DNA of 64,000 nt from an uncultured Bacteroidota bacterium (GTDB lineage: Bacteria > Bacteroidota > Ignavibacteria > Kryptoniales > JAKASW01). The position numbers and the translations under genes were made by a program. The stretch lies in assembly GCA_963808245.1 (NCBI GenBank), contig CAWEES010000002.1:43032-107031 (forward strand), in the 5' to 3' direction. The notes beneath the pieces were generated by a model that made no database searches, was not told the origin of the DNA, and saw only the letters and a list, made by a program, of their open reading frames with translations. Shown in pieces: positions 46,305-56,207 of this stretch. Position 1 is the stretch's first letter. Every line of letters starts with the position of its first letter.

Positions 46305-46832
46305 GTGACCGTTGGCGGAAACAATTTGCGCGGAAAGAGTGTGCAGGAATCGAATGTCGAAATGGTTGAACTTGTTCTGCCAAACGACACGAACCAGCTG
46401 GGTAACCTGTTAGGCGGGAGATTGATGCATTGGATGGATATAGCTGCAGCAATGGCGGCTACCAGACACTCCAACCATGTTTGTGTCACCGCCGCCGTGG
46501 ATGAGTTGAGTTTTCTCCACCCGATTAAACTTGGCGAGCTCGTCATATTAAAAGCGAGCGTTAACCGGGTATTTAATACTTCGATGGAAGTTGGTGTAAA
46601 AATATTTTCGGAGAATCCACTCACAGGAGAGAGGAAGCATTCCAACTCCGCATATCTGACATTTGTAAGCATTGATCAGTCAAACCTCCCTGTTAAGGCC
46701 GTTGCTGTGGTGGCCGAGACTCCGGATGAGAAGCGTCGGTTTGAACAAGCGCTATTTAGGCGCGAGCAGAGGCTTAAACATCGAGAAGAAACGAGGCGGA
46801 TCTGGCAAGAGCGTTCTAGTGAACTGGGGTGA
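46305..46832 (+). CDS. acyl-CoA thioesterase (YciA/BFIT hotdog family)
   Basis: 175 aa. VLPNDTNQLGNLLGGRLMHWMDIAA is the 4HBT/YciA motif. Confidence 0.85.
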   Translation: MTVGGNNLRGKSVQESNVEMVELVLPNDTNQLGNLLGGRLMHWMDIAAAMAATRHSNHVCVTAAVDELSFLHPIKLGELVILKASVNRVFNTSMEVGVKIFSENPLTGERKHSNSAYLTFVSIDQSNLPVKAVAVVAETPDEKRRFEQALFRREQRLKHREETRRIWQERSSELG

Positions 46833-48988
46833 CTAAAAACGGTATGAACGACATCGCCGGTATTAGACCTGCTGAAATATTCAGACAGGTAATAATTCAA
46901 ATGGTATTTGTTGTGAACTTTGTCCGAATCGCCGAGGCACAAATTTATACGCCTCCGTTCAAGTCTGTCGAGATGCAAGCGACGATCTCCCCGCTCGGTG
47001 AAATGGTGGCAGGTAATTTTTCAGGCCACAATTGTGTGGCCGCAATATGCAAAGTCGAAAAAGCAATTTACTTTTTTGAACCCGACTCGATAGAAGATCT
47101 GGTATTAACGAACGTGGTTAGTCTTCCAGACACACCTATTGCCATTTCAAAGGGTCAAGAAGTGGTCTTGGATACCAGCGATCATGAGAAACATTTAGAT
47201 AAACTTGCTGTTTTGATGAATACGCATTCTGTGATTCTTGTGTCCTTCGGAAAGGATGGTCGTCCAATTCTCACTCAAGCATCCCAGACCGACGCCTATA
47301 CGACTGATATTGCAGCCGCGGACCTGGAGACCTCGGGAAAACTCGATATAATTACCTTCGGGAAATTTTGTCTGGGTGTGTCCGTAGCTAAAAATATGGG
47401 AGATGGAAAACTTGAAGAAGCGCAGTTGATGCAGGGTCCGCTGGGAAGTATTCCTTTCAGTTCGATCGCATTTACCGACTTCAACGGCGATCTGGTTCCT
47501 GACATGGCTGCCCTTGATTGGGTGAACCATAGGCTCCTTATCTTCTACGGAAGGGGGGATGGGACGTTTGCCCAGCCGGTTTCATTCCTGCTCAAAGCCG
47601 AACCTTCGACTCTTGCGGTCGCTGATTTAAATGGCAATGGTTATCCTGACATTGTAATCGGTTACACTCGGGTCAACCAAATCGACTTCTTCGGGGGTGA
47701 TGGATTCGGCAGATTCTTCCTCCACCAGACATTAAAAACGGATGGTCCCGTGTCAAGGTTTGCCATTGCTGATTTTACGGGAGATGGAACAACAGATATT
47801 GCAGCTCTAAGCAATACTTCAAAACAGATCACTTTTTTCTCTTACGATCCGCTTTCGCGCAATTTTAAATATGATGGAGTCATTGGCACCGGACAAAATT
47901 ATGATGACATTGTCCCTTTTTATTTTGCAGACCGGTTTCGTGCTGATCTAGTCGCTTCAAGCCTATCCGAAAAATACATTAAAGTTTTCAAGACCTCCGT
48001 CATATTCAATAAGACTCCCGACATACTTTTGCCGGTGAGCGAAGACGCTCGCTTCCTATCAGTATTTGGGAGCGATACTTCGAACTATGCGCTTGTGGCA
48101 GATTCGTCCGGACGGATCAGGGTAATGCACTATATTGGAACCACTGCTTCGGATATCGAATCCACTTTTGAATTTCAATCAGAAGGGAAACCCGTTTCAA
48201 TAAAACTGATCTCTGCGGATTACCTTAAGCTCCTCGTATCTTATGACAATGCCGATATCGTAAGCATATACGACCTGTTATCGAAAGATAAAGAAGCCCG
48301 CAAAGTGATGACCGCCTTCTTGCCATTCGTAGTTGATGGGACAACAAGAGGAGATTCCGTAACCATCGCCGCGGCATATCCTGTAAAATCGGATAGCGAA
48401 ATCGGCATATCATATTTTAGCTCCATCACTAATGCTAATAGCGACTTTATCGAGAATGACTTTTCCGTGGATGAGATGAAAGATTATTTGTCCACTGATC
48501 TTACTATCGGTAAGGATCCTCTCTTTCTTAGAATCTGGAAAAATGGAATTGATACATTGATATTTGCCTGTACTCGCTTGAAAGAAGACAAAAACGTCTC
48601 CACTTCCGTCCCGGGATCCGAAGCAAGATTAGTTAAGTCAGATGAACAGCCGTTTCTAATCGTTGATGAGAACGATACACTTATAGTATTTAAAGTGACC
48701 GTGGAGAAACCAATGAGGTTGGAGCTGCATCAAACTAGCGTGATACCCTTTGATAGTTCCGATTTCAGCAGTATTCGGATGTCGTTTGCCGACTCTATTA
48801 ATTATGTGGCGTTCTTTGACAGCACGCAGGACAGAGTTTTGCTTTACTCGTCTACAAATATGCAATCGCAGATGATCAAATCGTGGCATACCGATGACAA
48901 GCCCGGCGACATTGCCGTCTCATCCGAGCTGAAAAGAATTTATTTCCTGAATAGATCCGAGTCGTATGTCTCTGTCCATAATTTTTGA
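46829..48988 (+). CDS. FG-GAP/VCBS repeat (integrin-alpha-like propeller) protein
   Basis: 719 aa. The Ca-binding-type repeats are FTDFNGDLVPDMAA, VADLNGNGYPDIVIG and IADFTGDGTTDIAA. Its GTG start overlaps the upstream stop (GTGA), and the start is uncertain. Confidence 0.7.
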   Translation: MTKNGMNDIAGIRPAEIFRQVIIQMVFVVNFVRIAEAQIYTPPFKSVEMQATISPLGEMVAGNFSGHNCVAAICKVEKAIYFFEPDSIEDLVLTNVVSLPDTPIAISKGQEVVLDTSDHEKHLDKLAVLMNTHSVILVSFGKDGRPILTQASQTDAYTTDIAAADLETSGKLDIITFGKFCLGVSVAKNMGDGKLEEAQLMQGPLGSIPFSSIAFTDFNGDLVPDMAALDWVNHRLLIFYGRGDGTFAQPVSFLLKAEPSTLAVADLNGNGYPDIVIGYTRVNQIDFFGGDGFGRFFLHQTLKTDGPVSRFAIADFTGDGTTDIAALSNTSKQITFFSYDPLSRNFKYDGVIGTGQNYDDIVPFYFADRFRADLVASSLSEKYIKVFKTSVIFNKTPDILLPVSEDARFLSVFGSDTSNYALVADSSGRIRVMHYIGTTASDIESTFEFQSEGKPVSIKLISADYLKLLVSYDNADIVSIYDLLSKDKEARKVMTAFLPFVVDGTTRGDSVTIAAAYPVKSDSEIGISYFSSITNANSDFIENDFSVDEMKDYLSTDLTIGKDPLFLRIWKNGIDTLIFACTRLKEDKNVSTSVPGSEARLVKSDEQPFLIVDENDTLIVFKVTVEKPMRLELHQTSVIPFDSSDFSSIRMSFADSINYVAFFDSTQDRVLLYSSTNMQSQMIKSWHTDDKPGDIAVSSELKRIYFLNRSESYVSVHNF

Positions 48989-50645
48989 ATTGGCAATCTT
49001 TGTTTTGCCCTATGTTGCGTTTACATCGATGGCGGTCGGCTCCGGCCATCAAAAGGAGATAAATAAATTTTTCGAAGCGTATAATATTAAATCGTACAAC
49101 AAATGCGGCTTCCACATTATTGCAAATTATTATGGAACACCGGGGGATAGGTTCGATGTTAAAGGCGTTCTGCAATTCAGGCCCCTTAATGATACAAGCG
49201 TCGTGAGCCCGTCCGGGAAATACAGGATACACTTCGATACCACGGAAGCAAACGGGAATCAGCCGTTTCTATACGACGAAAACGGGCAGGAGATTCCGGG
49301 GAGCACCATGGCGTTCATCGATTCGGTCGAAGAAATATGCGATCACGTTTATCATGTGGAAGTCGACTCACTTGGTTTTCCTCCGCCTCCGTCCGACAGC
49401 GGTGCCGGAGGTGGTAATGAATACGATATTTATGTCCAGGCTTTGCCTATTGGCGACTACGGATACACAGATTGGGATCCTTCTCAACCTTTGGTAAACC
49501 GCACGAATTCGACTTACGCCGCCTGGACTGTTATAAGAAACGAGTTTGAGTCTACGTATACAAAGGGAATACCGGGGATTGAAGTTACAATTGCGCACGA
49601 GTTTCATCACGGAATTCAAGTCGGTAATTACGGATTATGGCCGGACGACCTTTGGTTTTACGAACTCACATCAACATGGATGGAGCAAGTTGTCTATCCG
49701 GAAGTGAAAGATTATTATCAATATCTCGGCAATTTTTTTAACAATGCCGATCAACCATTTAACCTTTATCAACAATATAATTATGCGGGCTATGAACGAT
49801 GCATATTTGGAATTTTTGTTCAGAACGAATTTGGTTCATCGGTGATGAAATCAATATGGGAAAACATGGCACATGAGGGAGCAGTCCAGTCCATTGAGGA
49901 TGGCTTCATATCAATAGGAAAAGCTCCCTCTTCTGTGTTCCAATTGTTTGCGCAACTCAATTACTTTACCAATTACAGGACTCAGTTGGCATATCAATTT
50001 AACATTCCACCTTATCCTTTAGGGGCCGATTATCCGTTAGTCAAAATCAGCGGTGTAGGTGACTTTACGAACTCGGGAAACGGTGTCGATTTTTCTGAGT
50101 CAGCGATGAGATTGTCGGAACAATTTTATCAAATTTACGATGGTGCGGACACCCTCGGCCTCGTGGTTGTCAACAACAACTTCTCTGCAGCAGTGAATCA
50201 AGACACTTCTAGCTTTCCATTCTCAGCAGGGATTTCTACCGGCAGCTCGAATTGCGTTAAAGAGTTGATGAACGGATACTGCCTCTTCTTTTGGCCGGCA
50301 GATCAATCAGACTGGGGATTAACACCGTTTATTCTTAGCAGTGTTCTGGCAGAGAAAGACGACGCTGTTTTTCCACAGCCGTTCAATCCATCCTTGCAAA
50401 AGTTGAAAATACCATATTCTTTTTCCGGCGGATCAAGCGTAACTCTATCAATCTTTAGTACTTCAGGAGTTTTGCTTCGAACAGTTAATAGTGCTAGCGG
50501 GACCGGATATTTTCTCCGGGGAAAATACTTCCTTTGGGATGGAAAGGATGCTGGGGGGAGAGTGGTATCAAGTGGTATCTACATTTACGTCTTAACTGAC
50601 GGCACAAAAAGCTCTGTCGGAAAAATTGCGGTGGTGCGGAATTAA
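48966..50645 (+). CDS. putative HExxH zinc metalloprotease with T9SS/FlgD-Ig-like C-terminal domain
   Basis: 559 aa. The HExxH motif is HEFHHGIQ. The C-terminus FPQPFNP...GIYIYVLTDGTKSSVGKIAVVRN resembles a T9SS type-A sorting domain. It overlaps the upstream gene by 23 nt. Confidence 0.6.
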   Translation: MSLSIIFELAIFVLPYVAFTSMAVGSGHQKEINKFFEAYNIKSYNKCGFHIIANYYGTPGDRFDVKGVLQFRPLNDTSVVSPSGKYRIHFDTTEANGNQPFLYDENGQEIPGSTMAFIDSVEEICDHVYHVEVDSLGFPPPPSDSGAGGGNEYDIYVQALPIGDYGYTDWDPSQPLVNRTNSTYAAWTVIRNEFESTYTKGIPGIEVTIAHEFHHGIQVGNYGLWPDDLWFYELTSTWMEQVVYPEVKDYYQYLGNFFNNADQPFNLYQQYNYAGYERCIFGIFVQNEFGSSVMKSIWENMAHEGAVQSIEDGFISIGKAPSSVFQLFAQLNYFTNYRTQLAYQFNIPPYPLGADYPLVKISGVGDFTNSGNGVDFSESAMRLSEQFYQIYDGADTLGLVVVNNNFSAAVNQDTSSFPFSAGISTGSSNCVKELMNGYCLFFWPADQSDWGLTPFILSSVLAEKDDAVFPQPFNPSLQKLKIPYSFSGGSSVTLSIFSTSGVLLRTVNSASGTGYFLRGKYFLWDGKDAGGRVVSSGIYIYVLTDGTKSSVGKIAVVRN

Positions 50646-51287
50646 ATGATACTGACCGGCAAAGAGCTGAAAATGGTCTTCAACCGAAGGATGGTCTTTA
50701 AGGACATTTCCTTTGAGGTAAAGTCGGGCCAAGTCCTTTCGATAACCGGACCGAATGGCAGCGGTAAATCAACTGCTTCTAAGATTATTTGCGGAATAAT
50801 TACTCCAACATCCGGACAAATTCTTTTCTTGAACGATGGAAAAATAGTCGATCGAGATGAAATACACCGGCATGTCGGTTTCGTCGCCCCTTACCTTGAA
50901 CTTTACGGGGAGTTTACAGCTCTCGAAAATCTTCGGATAGAAGCCGGGGCTCGCGGATTGAAGAATAAAAGCGATGATAATCTTCGGGAAATTCTTGAGC
51001 TCGTTGGCTTGTTTAATAGAAGGAACGATGAACTCCGGAGTTTTTCATCGGGAATGAAACAAAGACTGAAATATGCAGCAGCGCTTATTCATGATCCCGA
51101 TGTAATCGTGCTTGACGAACCCACGGCAAATCTTGATGTGGCTGGAACTGAAATGGTATTTGAGTTGGTCGATAAATTCAGAAAAGATAAAATAGTGGTC
51201 CTTGCAACGAACGATGAAAAGGAAGCTGCACTCGGTGACGTTAAAGTTGTGCTTCAAAAGGATTTAGGGTCGGGAAATGGTAAGTGA
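50646..51287 (+). CDS. ABC transporter ATP-binding protein with no adjacent permease (possible CcmA-like)
   Basis: 213 aa with Walker A GPNGSGKST, signature FSSGMKQR and Walker B VIVLDEPT. It starts directly after the upstream stop, and its end overlaps the copA start by 11 nt. Confidence 0.85.
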   Translation: MILTGKELKMVFNRRMVFKDISFEVKSGQVLSITGPNGSGKSTASKIICGIITPTSGQILFLNDGKIVDRDEIHRHVGFVAPYLELYGEFTALENLRIEAGARGLKNKSDDNLREILELVGLFNRRNDELRSFSSGMKQRLKYAAALIHDPDVIVLDEPTANLDVAGTEMVFELVDKFRKDKIVVLATNDEKEAALGDVKVVLQKDLGSGNGK

Positions 51288-53622
51288 TTCGGTTGATATA
51301 ACTGGACAGATTAGGAAAAGCAAGATAAAGTTAACCCTTCCGGTTGAAGGAATGACATGCGCCAGTTGTGTGTTGCGGGTAGAAAAAGCATTGAAAGGGG
51401 TAACCGGTGTTGAAGATGCTGTGGTTAACCTTGCCACTGAATCCGCAAGTGTCGAAATAGAAGCCTCTAAGGTCTCGATGGACATTCTAAAAAAGGCTGT
51501 CGAAGATGCCGGCTACAAGATCATAGACACCGCGGATGATGTTGATTCGGTGAAGGCGGAAGCAGAATCGAGAGAGAGGGAATACAAGAACCTCAGACGG
51601 AAATTCCTTTTGGGCGCAATACTGACTTCGATCATAATGGTCGGCAGCATGCCGGAGGTTTTTGGGTTTGTGACCATCATTCCACAAACGATTAGAAATA
51701 TCATCCTGATGCTCCTTACGGCTCCCGCCATGTTTTACGTTGGGAGCAAATTTTTTAGAGGCTTTTGGAGCGCAACTAAGCATCGTACTACGGACATGAA
51801 TACTCTTATTTCCGTAGGAACACTATCCGCATTCATATACAGCGCTGTCGCAACAATTTGGCCGGAGGTCTTTGTCTCAGCGGGTAAATCTGCCGATGTT
51901 TATTTCGATACAAGCGCCGTTATCATCTCATTGATTTTACTGGGAAAAATACTTGAAGCAAAAGCAAAGTGGAAATCTTCCGAAGCTGTCAGGAAGCTGA
52001 TCGCGCTTCAACCCACCACCGCCCATCTTGTCGTGGATGAAAACGATGTCGATGTTCCGGTCACGTTGGTCCAGGTCGGTAGCGTATTGAGAGTCAAGCC
52101 GGGCGAGAGAATTCCGGTGGACGGGAAAATCCTGATCGGCTTCGCGACGGTTGACGAGTCGACGTTAACCGGAGAGAGCATTCCTGTCGAACGGACCATT
52201 GGCGGTTCTGTCCTAGGAGGGACTGTTTGTCTTGATGGTTCAATAATGATCCGGGCTGAGAAAATTGGGAAGGAAAGTTTCATCGCGCGCGTCGCTAAAC
52301 TTGTAGAAGATGCGCAGACTTCAAAACCTCACGTCCAGAGGCTTGTAGATAAAGTTGCATCTGTCTTTGTTCCCGCAGTCATTGTCCTGGCTCTTATTTC
52401 CGCCGCCGCATGGGCAATCCTGGGCCCATCTCCGCAGCTCGTTCATTCATTGATGGCTTTTGTCGCCGTGTTGATTGTTGCATGCCCGTGCGCACTAGGC
52501 CTTGCGACGCCGACGGCTATTATGGTCGGGACGGGACGCGGAGCCGAGATGGGAACGCTCATCAGGGACAGCGATACACTGGAACAGGCGCGGAAAATCA
52601 CCGGCGTCGTTTTTGATAAGACCGGGACAATCACTGCCGGCGAGATGAAGGTTGTGGAGATTATTCCCTTTGGCCGTACCTCCGAAAGCAAATTACTGAG
52701 AATGGCTGCCCTCGCCGAGGTCTATTCTACGCACCCACTCGGTAAAGCGGTGGTTGATGAGGCGAACCGACGTGGGTTGGATAAGAACCAGTTTGCTGAA
52801 AGTACTAGCAGTACGAATACCGGATCGTCTTTTAAATCGTCTTCAGGAAGAGGCGTCGAAAGAACATTTCGGGAGGAAGGCAAAGAGAAGAAAGTTCGTG
52901 TAGGAAAGCTCGACTTTGCATCGGAGGACGAGACGGTGAATTTGAATCAGAGCTTCCTGGATAATGTTTTGCAGCGTGTTCAAGATTTAACCGCATCGGT
53001 TCTGTATGTCTCGCTGCGGAATGACCCCTTCGGAAAGCTGGAAATTATTGGAGCGATATTGGTGAGTGATTACGTACGCGATGACGCGGCGTCGACGATT
53101 GAAAAAATAAAATCCCTCGGCTTAAAAGTGTACTTGCTGACCGGAGACGGAGAATCTTCCGCGAAGAGGATTGCCGAACATGTCGGCGTGGATAAGTTCT
53201 TTGCCAACGTTTCCCCCGAAGGAAAGTTAAACAAGATAAAAGAGTTGCAAAGCGGCGGGGAAGTTATAGCTTTCGTCGGGGATGGAATCAACGACGCGCC
53301 CGCATTAACACAGGCAGATATTGGAATCGCGATGGCAAGCGGGACAGATATCGCCGTAGAATCCGCGGACATAACTCTCGTACGGAATGAACTTAATCTC
53401 GTGCCGAGATCGATCCTCCTGTCGAGAAAGACCATCAAAGTGATAAAGCAAAATTTATTCTGGGCGTTTTTCTACAATATCATGTTGATACCGCTTGCCG
53501 CGGGAGTATTCTATCCGCTGACGGGATGGCAATTAAATCCTATGATTGCTTCAGTCGCCATGGCACTGAGTTCTGTCAGCGTAGTGAGCAACTCGCTCAG
53601 GTTGAAGCGGTTTAAATTTTAA
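51277..53622 (+). CDS. copA: copper-translocating P1B-type ATPase
   Basis: 781 aa with the N-terminal HMA motif GMTCASC, the TM6 CPC motif (VACPCALGLATP), the phosphorylation site DKTGT and the hinge GDGINDAP. Confidence 0.92.
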   Translation: MVSDSVDITGQIRKSKIKLTLPVEGMTCASCVLRVEKALKGVTGVEDAVVNLATESASVEIEASKVSMDILKKAVEDAGYKIIDTADDVDSVKAEAESREREYKNLRRKFLLGAILTSIIMVGSMPEVFGFVTIIPQTIRNIILMLLTAPAMFYVGSKFFRGFWSATKHRTTDMNTLISVGTLSAFIYSAVATIWPEVFVSAGKSADVYFDTSAVIISLILLGKILEAKAKWKSSEAVRKLIALQPTTAHLVVDENDVDVPVTLVQVGSVLRVKPGERIPVDGKILIGFATVDESTLTGESIPVERTIGGSVLGGTVCLDGSIMIRAEKIGKESFIARVAKLVEDAQTSKPHVQRLVDKVASVFVPAVIVLALISAAAWAILGPSPQLVHSLMAFVAVLIVACPCALGLATPTAIMVGTGRGAEMGTLIRDSDTLEQARKITGVVFDKTGTITAGEMKVVEIIPFGRTSESKLLRMAALAEVYSTHPLGKAVVDEANRRGLDKNQFAESTSSTNTGSSFKSSSGRGVERTFREEGKEKKVRVGKLDFASEDETVNLNQSFLDNVLQRVQDLTASVLYVSLRNDPFGKLEIIGAILVSDYVRDDAASTIEKIKSLGLKVYLLTGDGESSAKRIAEHVGVDKFFANVSPEGKLNKIKELQSGGEVIAFVGDGINDAPALTQADIGIAMASGTDIAVESADITLVRNELNLVPRSILLSRKTIKVIKQNLFWAFFYNIMLIPLAAGVFYPLTGWQLNPMIASVAMALSSVSVVSNSLRLKRFKF

Positions 53623-53637
53623 GTTAAGGAGATCACG

Positions 53638-53862
53638 ATGTTTGGGTTAGGAAACAAAAACAAAGTCCTCACAGTGGAAGGGATGACATGTCATCACTGC
53701 GAGATGACGGTCGAGAAAGCATTGCTTGAAGTTAACGGGGTAAAAGCAGCGAAGGCGGACCACACGACAAAAAGCGTTGATGTCCAGTTTAAAGGCGAGC
53801 TCGATTTGAACAGTGCTAAAGAAAAGATCGAGAAGGCGGGTTACAGACTAACAAACAGTTAA
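53638..53862 (+). CDS. copZ: heavy-metal-associated domain copper chaperone
   Basis: 74 aa with the GMTCHHC metal-binding loop and a beta-alpha-beta-beta-alpha-beta length. Confidence 0.85.
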   Translation: MFGLGNKNKVLTVEGMTCHHCEMTVEKALLEVNGVKAAKADHTTKSVDVQFKGELDLNSAKEKIEKAGYRLTNS

Positions 53863-54091
53863 GCAGTTGTTGCGAAGGTTGAGAATCTTTGCGAGTTTAT
53901 TCGGTAAGGAGGAGGAGTTGCAAGCATTCCAATTTGTTTCCCATGGATAAAAGGAATAGATTTTGGAGTCAATGGGTTGCATCCAAAAGGCAAATGAACG
54001 ACATGTGTCGTATAACGTGTCATAGATGCAGGAACGACGACGTATGGCGTTGTTTCGAGTAGTCAGGCACCATTCGCGGAAAGGGAAATAG

Positions 54092-54805
54092 ATGAAGTTA
54101 CCTAACTCGTTTAAAATACTGTGGTGGATCATTCTAGTTATTGGGGTAGGATACCTGTGCTCGAAGCGATTTGGCGCGATAAGCGTTGGCGCTGAGTCTC
54201 CAGAAGATGCCTTTTTGTTTCTCATTTGGATAGCTCTTTTGTTGCTGCCACTATTTAACGAATTCGAGTTCTTTGGTATTAAGCTCAAAGCACAGCTCGA
54301 GGATCTTAAAATGCAACTAACGCAGCAAGTGTGCACCTTGAGAACGGAATTTCATTCCACAGTCAATTCTCAAATCAGCCCGAATATTTACCTTAACCCG
54401 CCTCCAGATTCTCAACTTCCTCAAGACGAGGAGCGATTCCGAAAGATTCTTGACGAAGTCATGAGTTCTTATGGCATCGAGAGTATGACCGAGAGTTCAT
54501 CTCAAATTGACCTTCCTGAACAGACTAGTTACTTGTTTGGTGTTCGTTACTCAATTGAAAAGGAACTCACCCGCATTTACGATACACGAATACCAATTCG
54601 ACCGCCATTCAGGGAACCACTCTATATAAAAGTTAAGGCGCTCACGGAAGCGGGGCTCATTTCTCCTCAGTTGCAGAATGTCGTGCTGCAACTATACTCC
54701 ATCTGCAACCCAGCCATCCACGGTCAACAAGTGAGCGAAGAGAAGATCAAGTTCGTTAAAGACATCGCGCCAAACCTCATTGCAAGTCTGAAGGCGATCA
54801 AGTGA
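54092..54805 (+). CDS. hypothetical membrane protein: two N-terminal TM helices, coiled coil, C-terminal DUF4145-like helical domain
   Basis: 237 aa. The TM helices are ILWWIILVIGVGYL and FLFLIWIALLLLPLF. The C-terminus VRYSIEKELTRIY...VKALTEAGLISPQLQNVVLQLYSICNPAIHG follows the DUF4145 pattern (..lE..l...L...g.I......l..iR..gN.aaH) but has no Arg at the R position. Confidence 0.55.
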   Translation: MKLPNSFKILWWIILVIGVGYLCSKRFGAISVGAESPEDAFLFLIWIALLLLPLFNEFEFFGIKLKAQLEDLKMQLTQQVCTLRTEFHSTVNSQISPNIYLNPPPDSQLPQDEERFRKILDEVMSSYGIESMTESSSQIDLPEQTSYLFGVRYSIEKELTRIYDTRIPIRPPFREPLYIKVKALTEAGLISPQLQNVVLQLYSICNPAIHGQQVSEEKIKFVKDIAPNLIASLKAIK

Positions 54806-54957
54806 TAATTCGCAAACAGCAGATAACATGCGCAAAAAAGATGCTCAGTTATTGTATATCATGGTTCTCGCTTCATGGCACGCACATTATACGAAGAAGG
54901 AGCGTGCCACGACTTTGTCCGGCAGGACGTTAGCTGCCACTGCTTGGAATTGCACCG

Positions 54958-55899
54958 ATGATCACTTCACATCGATTGATAGATTTTCTTGCTTGGGTTA
55001 ATCCAAGCAAGCGGCGTCACATTGACGCAAAGTTGAAACCATATTTGAAACTGCTCACCAAGGAACTCGAGTTGATTCAGTACGCTTATTTCGGTCACAA
55101 GAGTCTCCTCGGCAAAGACAAGAGCGTCTCAACCAAGGTTCACTTTCTTACTCCGTTGCTTTATAGCATCGAATCTAATGCATACTCGCTTGGGGTTTTG
55201 GTCAGCCATAAGTTTGTCAATGAGGCGTACATTCTCATACGAGCACTTTATGAACGATGTCTAAACTACTGTTATCTGATAGCTGCTCCTGATGATGAGT
55301 ACATGAGATGGGCGGAGCACTCGCTGCAGAAAAGCATTCGTCTTCTCCGGAAGGAATTGGTAGTTGGGAATTTCGGGATGAAACTGGAATTCAGCGGACT
55401 TCAAGAGATTTGGGATCGACCTCAGGTTACGGAGATTATGAAGAAGTACCAACGCAAGAATTCCAGTAAGGAAGATCCACAGTGGTCCAAGCTGTCGAGG
55501 CGGCGGATTGACCGAATAGAGTGGCTTTCTAAGAATCAAACTGACATACCTTGGGAGCCTTTCGTTCTGATGGAGCTCATGTTCTTCGATGAAGCTTCGG
55601 AGGCCGTCCATGGAACATTCTATGGAACAGTGTTTCATAAAGGCTTTTTTGAACCAAAATTTCAGGAGAAAGGGAAGCTCGCCAAAGAAACTGACTCCTC
55701 TTCTCTTCTAATTGGTGCTTCGGTAATAATGCTTGACTCCGTTCTAAGGGCGGCACACCTCCGTTTTCCGACAGAAGATCTAATTGCCAAATCACGGGAT
55801 AATGCGCAATCGGTGGCGAGATTATTCAAGAGCGAAATTGCCAATATGGACGTGTCGGAAATCGATCCAAAGAAACGTATTCTTAAAGTGTTGCCATGA
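54958..55899 (+). CDS. hypothetical all-alpha protein, DUF5677/AbiV-like by pattern
   Basis: 313 aa with no TM helix or signal peptide. NAYSLGVLVSHKFVNEAYILIRALYERCLNYCYLIAAPDDEYMRW and the later EASEAVHGTFYG resemble the DUF5677 core. This is my pattern-level judgement only. Confidence 0.5.
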   Translation: MITSHRLIDFLAWVNPSKRRHIDAKLKPYLKLLTKELELIQYAYFGHKSLLGKDKSVSTKVHFLTPLLYSIESNAYSLGVLVSHKFVNEAYILIRALYERCLNYCYLIAAPDDEYMRWAEHSLQKSIRLLRKELVVGNFGMKLEFSGLQEIWDRPQVTEIMKKYQRKNSSKEDPQWSKLSRRRIDRIEWLSKNQTDIPWEPFVLMELMFFDEASEAVHGTFYGTVFHKGFFEPKFQEKGKLAKETDSSSLLIGASVIMLDSVLRAAHLRFPTEDLIAKSRDNAQSVARLFKSEIANMDVSEIDPKKRILKVLP

Positions 55900-56207
55900 T
55901 AACATGGGCAAGCAGCGGCAACTAACAAGCGGGACAAGTCCGCTTCGCTCAATAGTTTTGTCATCAGATTCTTTTTTCATAGGTCAAAACTGCTTCCTTG
56001 TTCCGCCATCCGTTATGTGAAATGCTTCGCTGAGGTTTGAACTCGCCTTCCTGGTGAGCAATTACTTTTTAAAATGTTTAACTTCTTTTCAAAACCTTAT
56101 TTGGAAAAGTTGTTGTTTAAGAATTTATTCTAAATTTGATTGACTTTTAATTCTTTTGACGGTTAAAACCACGGCTGCCTACCATGGCTCCAACCAAGAA
56201 ACTTCCG

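Noticed and set aside
53848-54336. 162-aa minus-strand ORF between copZ and the TM/DUF4145-like gene
   Set aside because: It overlaps the copZ 3' end and the first 245 nt of the plus-strand gene. Its composition is low-complexity and Cys/Ser/Asn-rich, and it has no motifs. The plus-strand gene has convincing TM helices, so the minus-strand ORF is most likely a shadow ORF.
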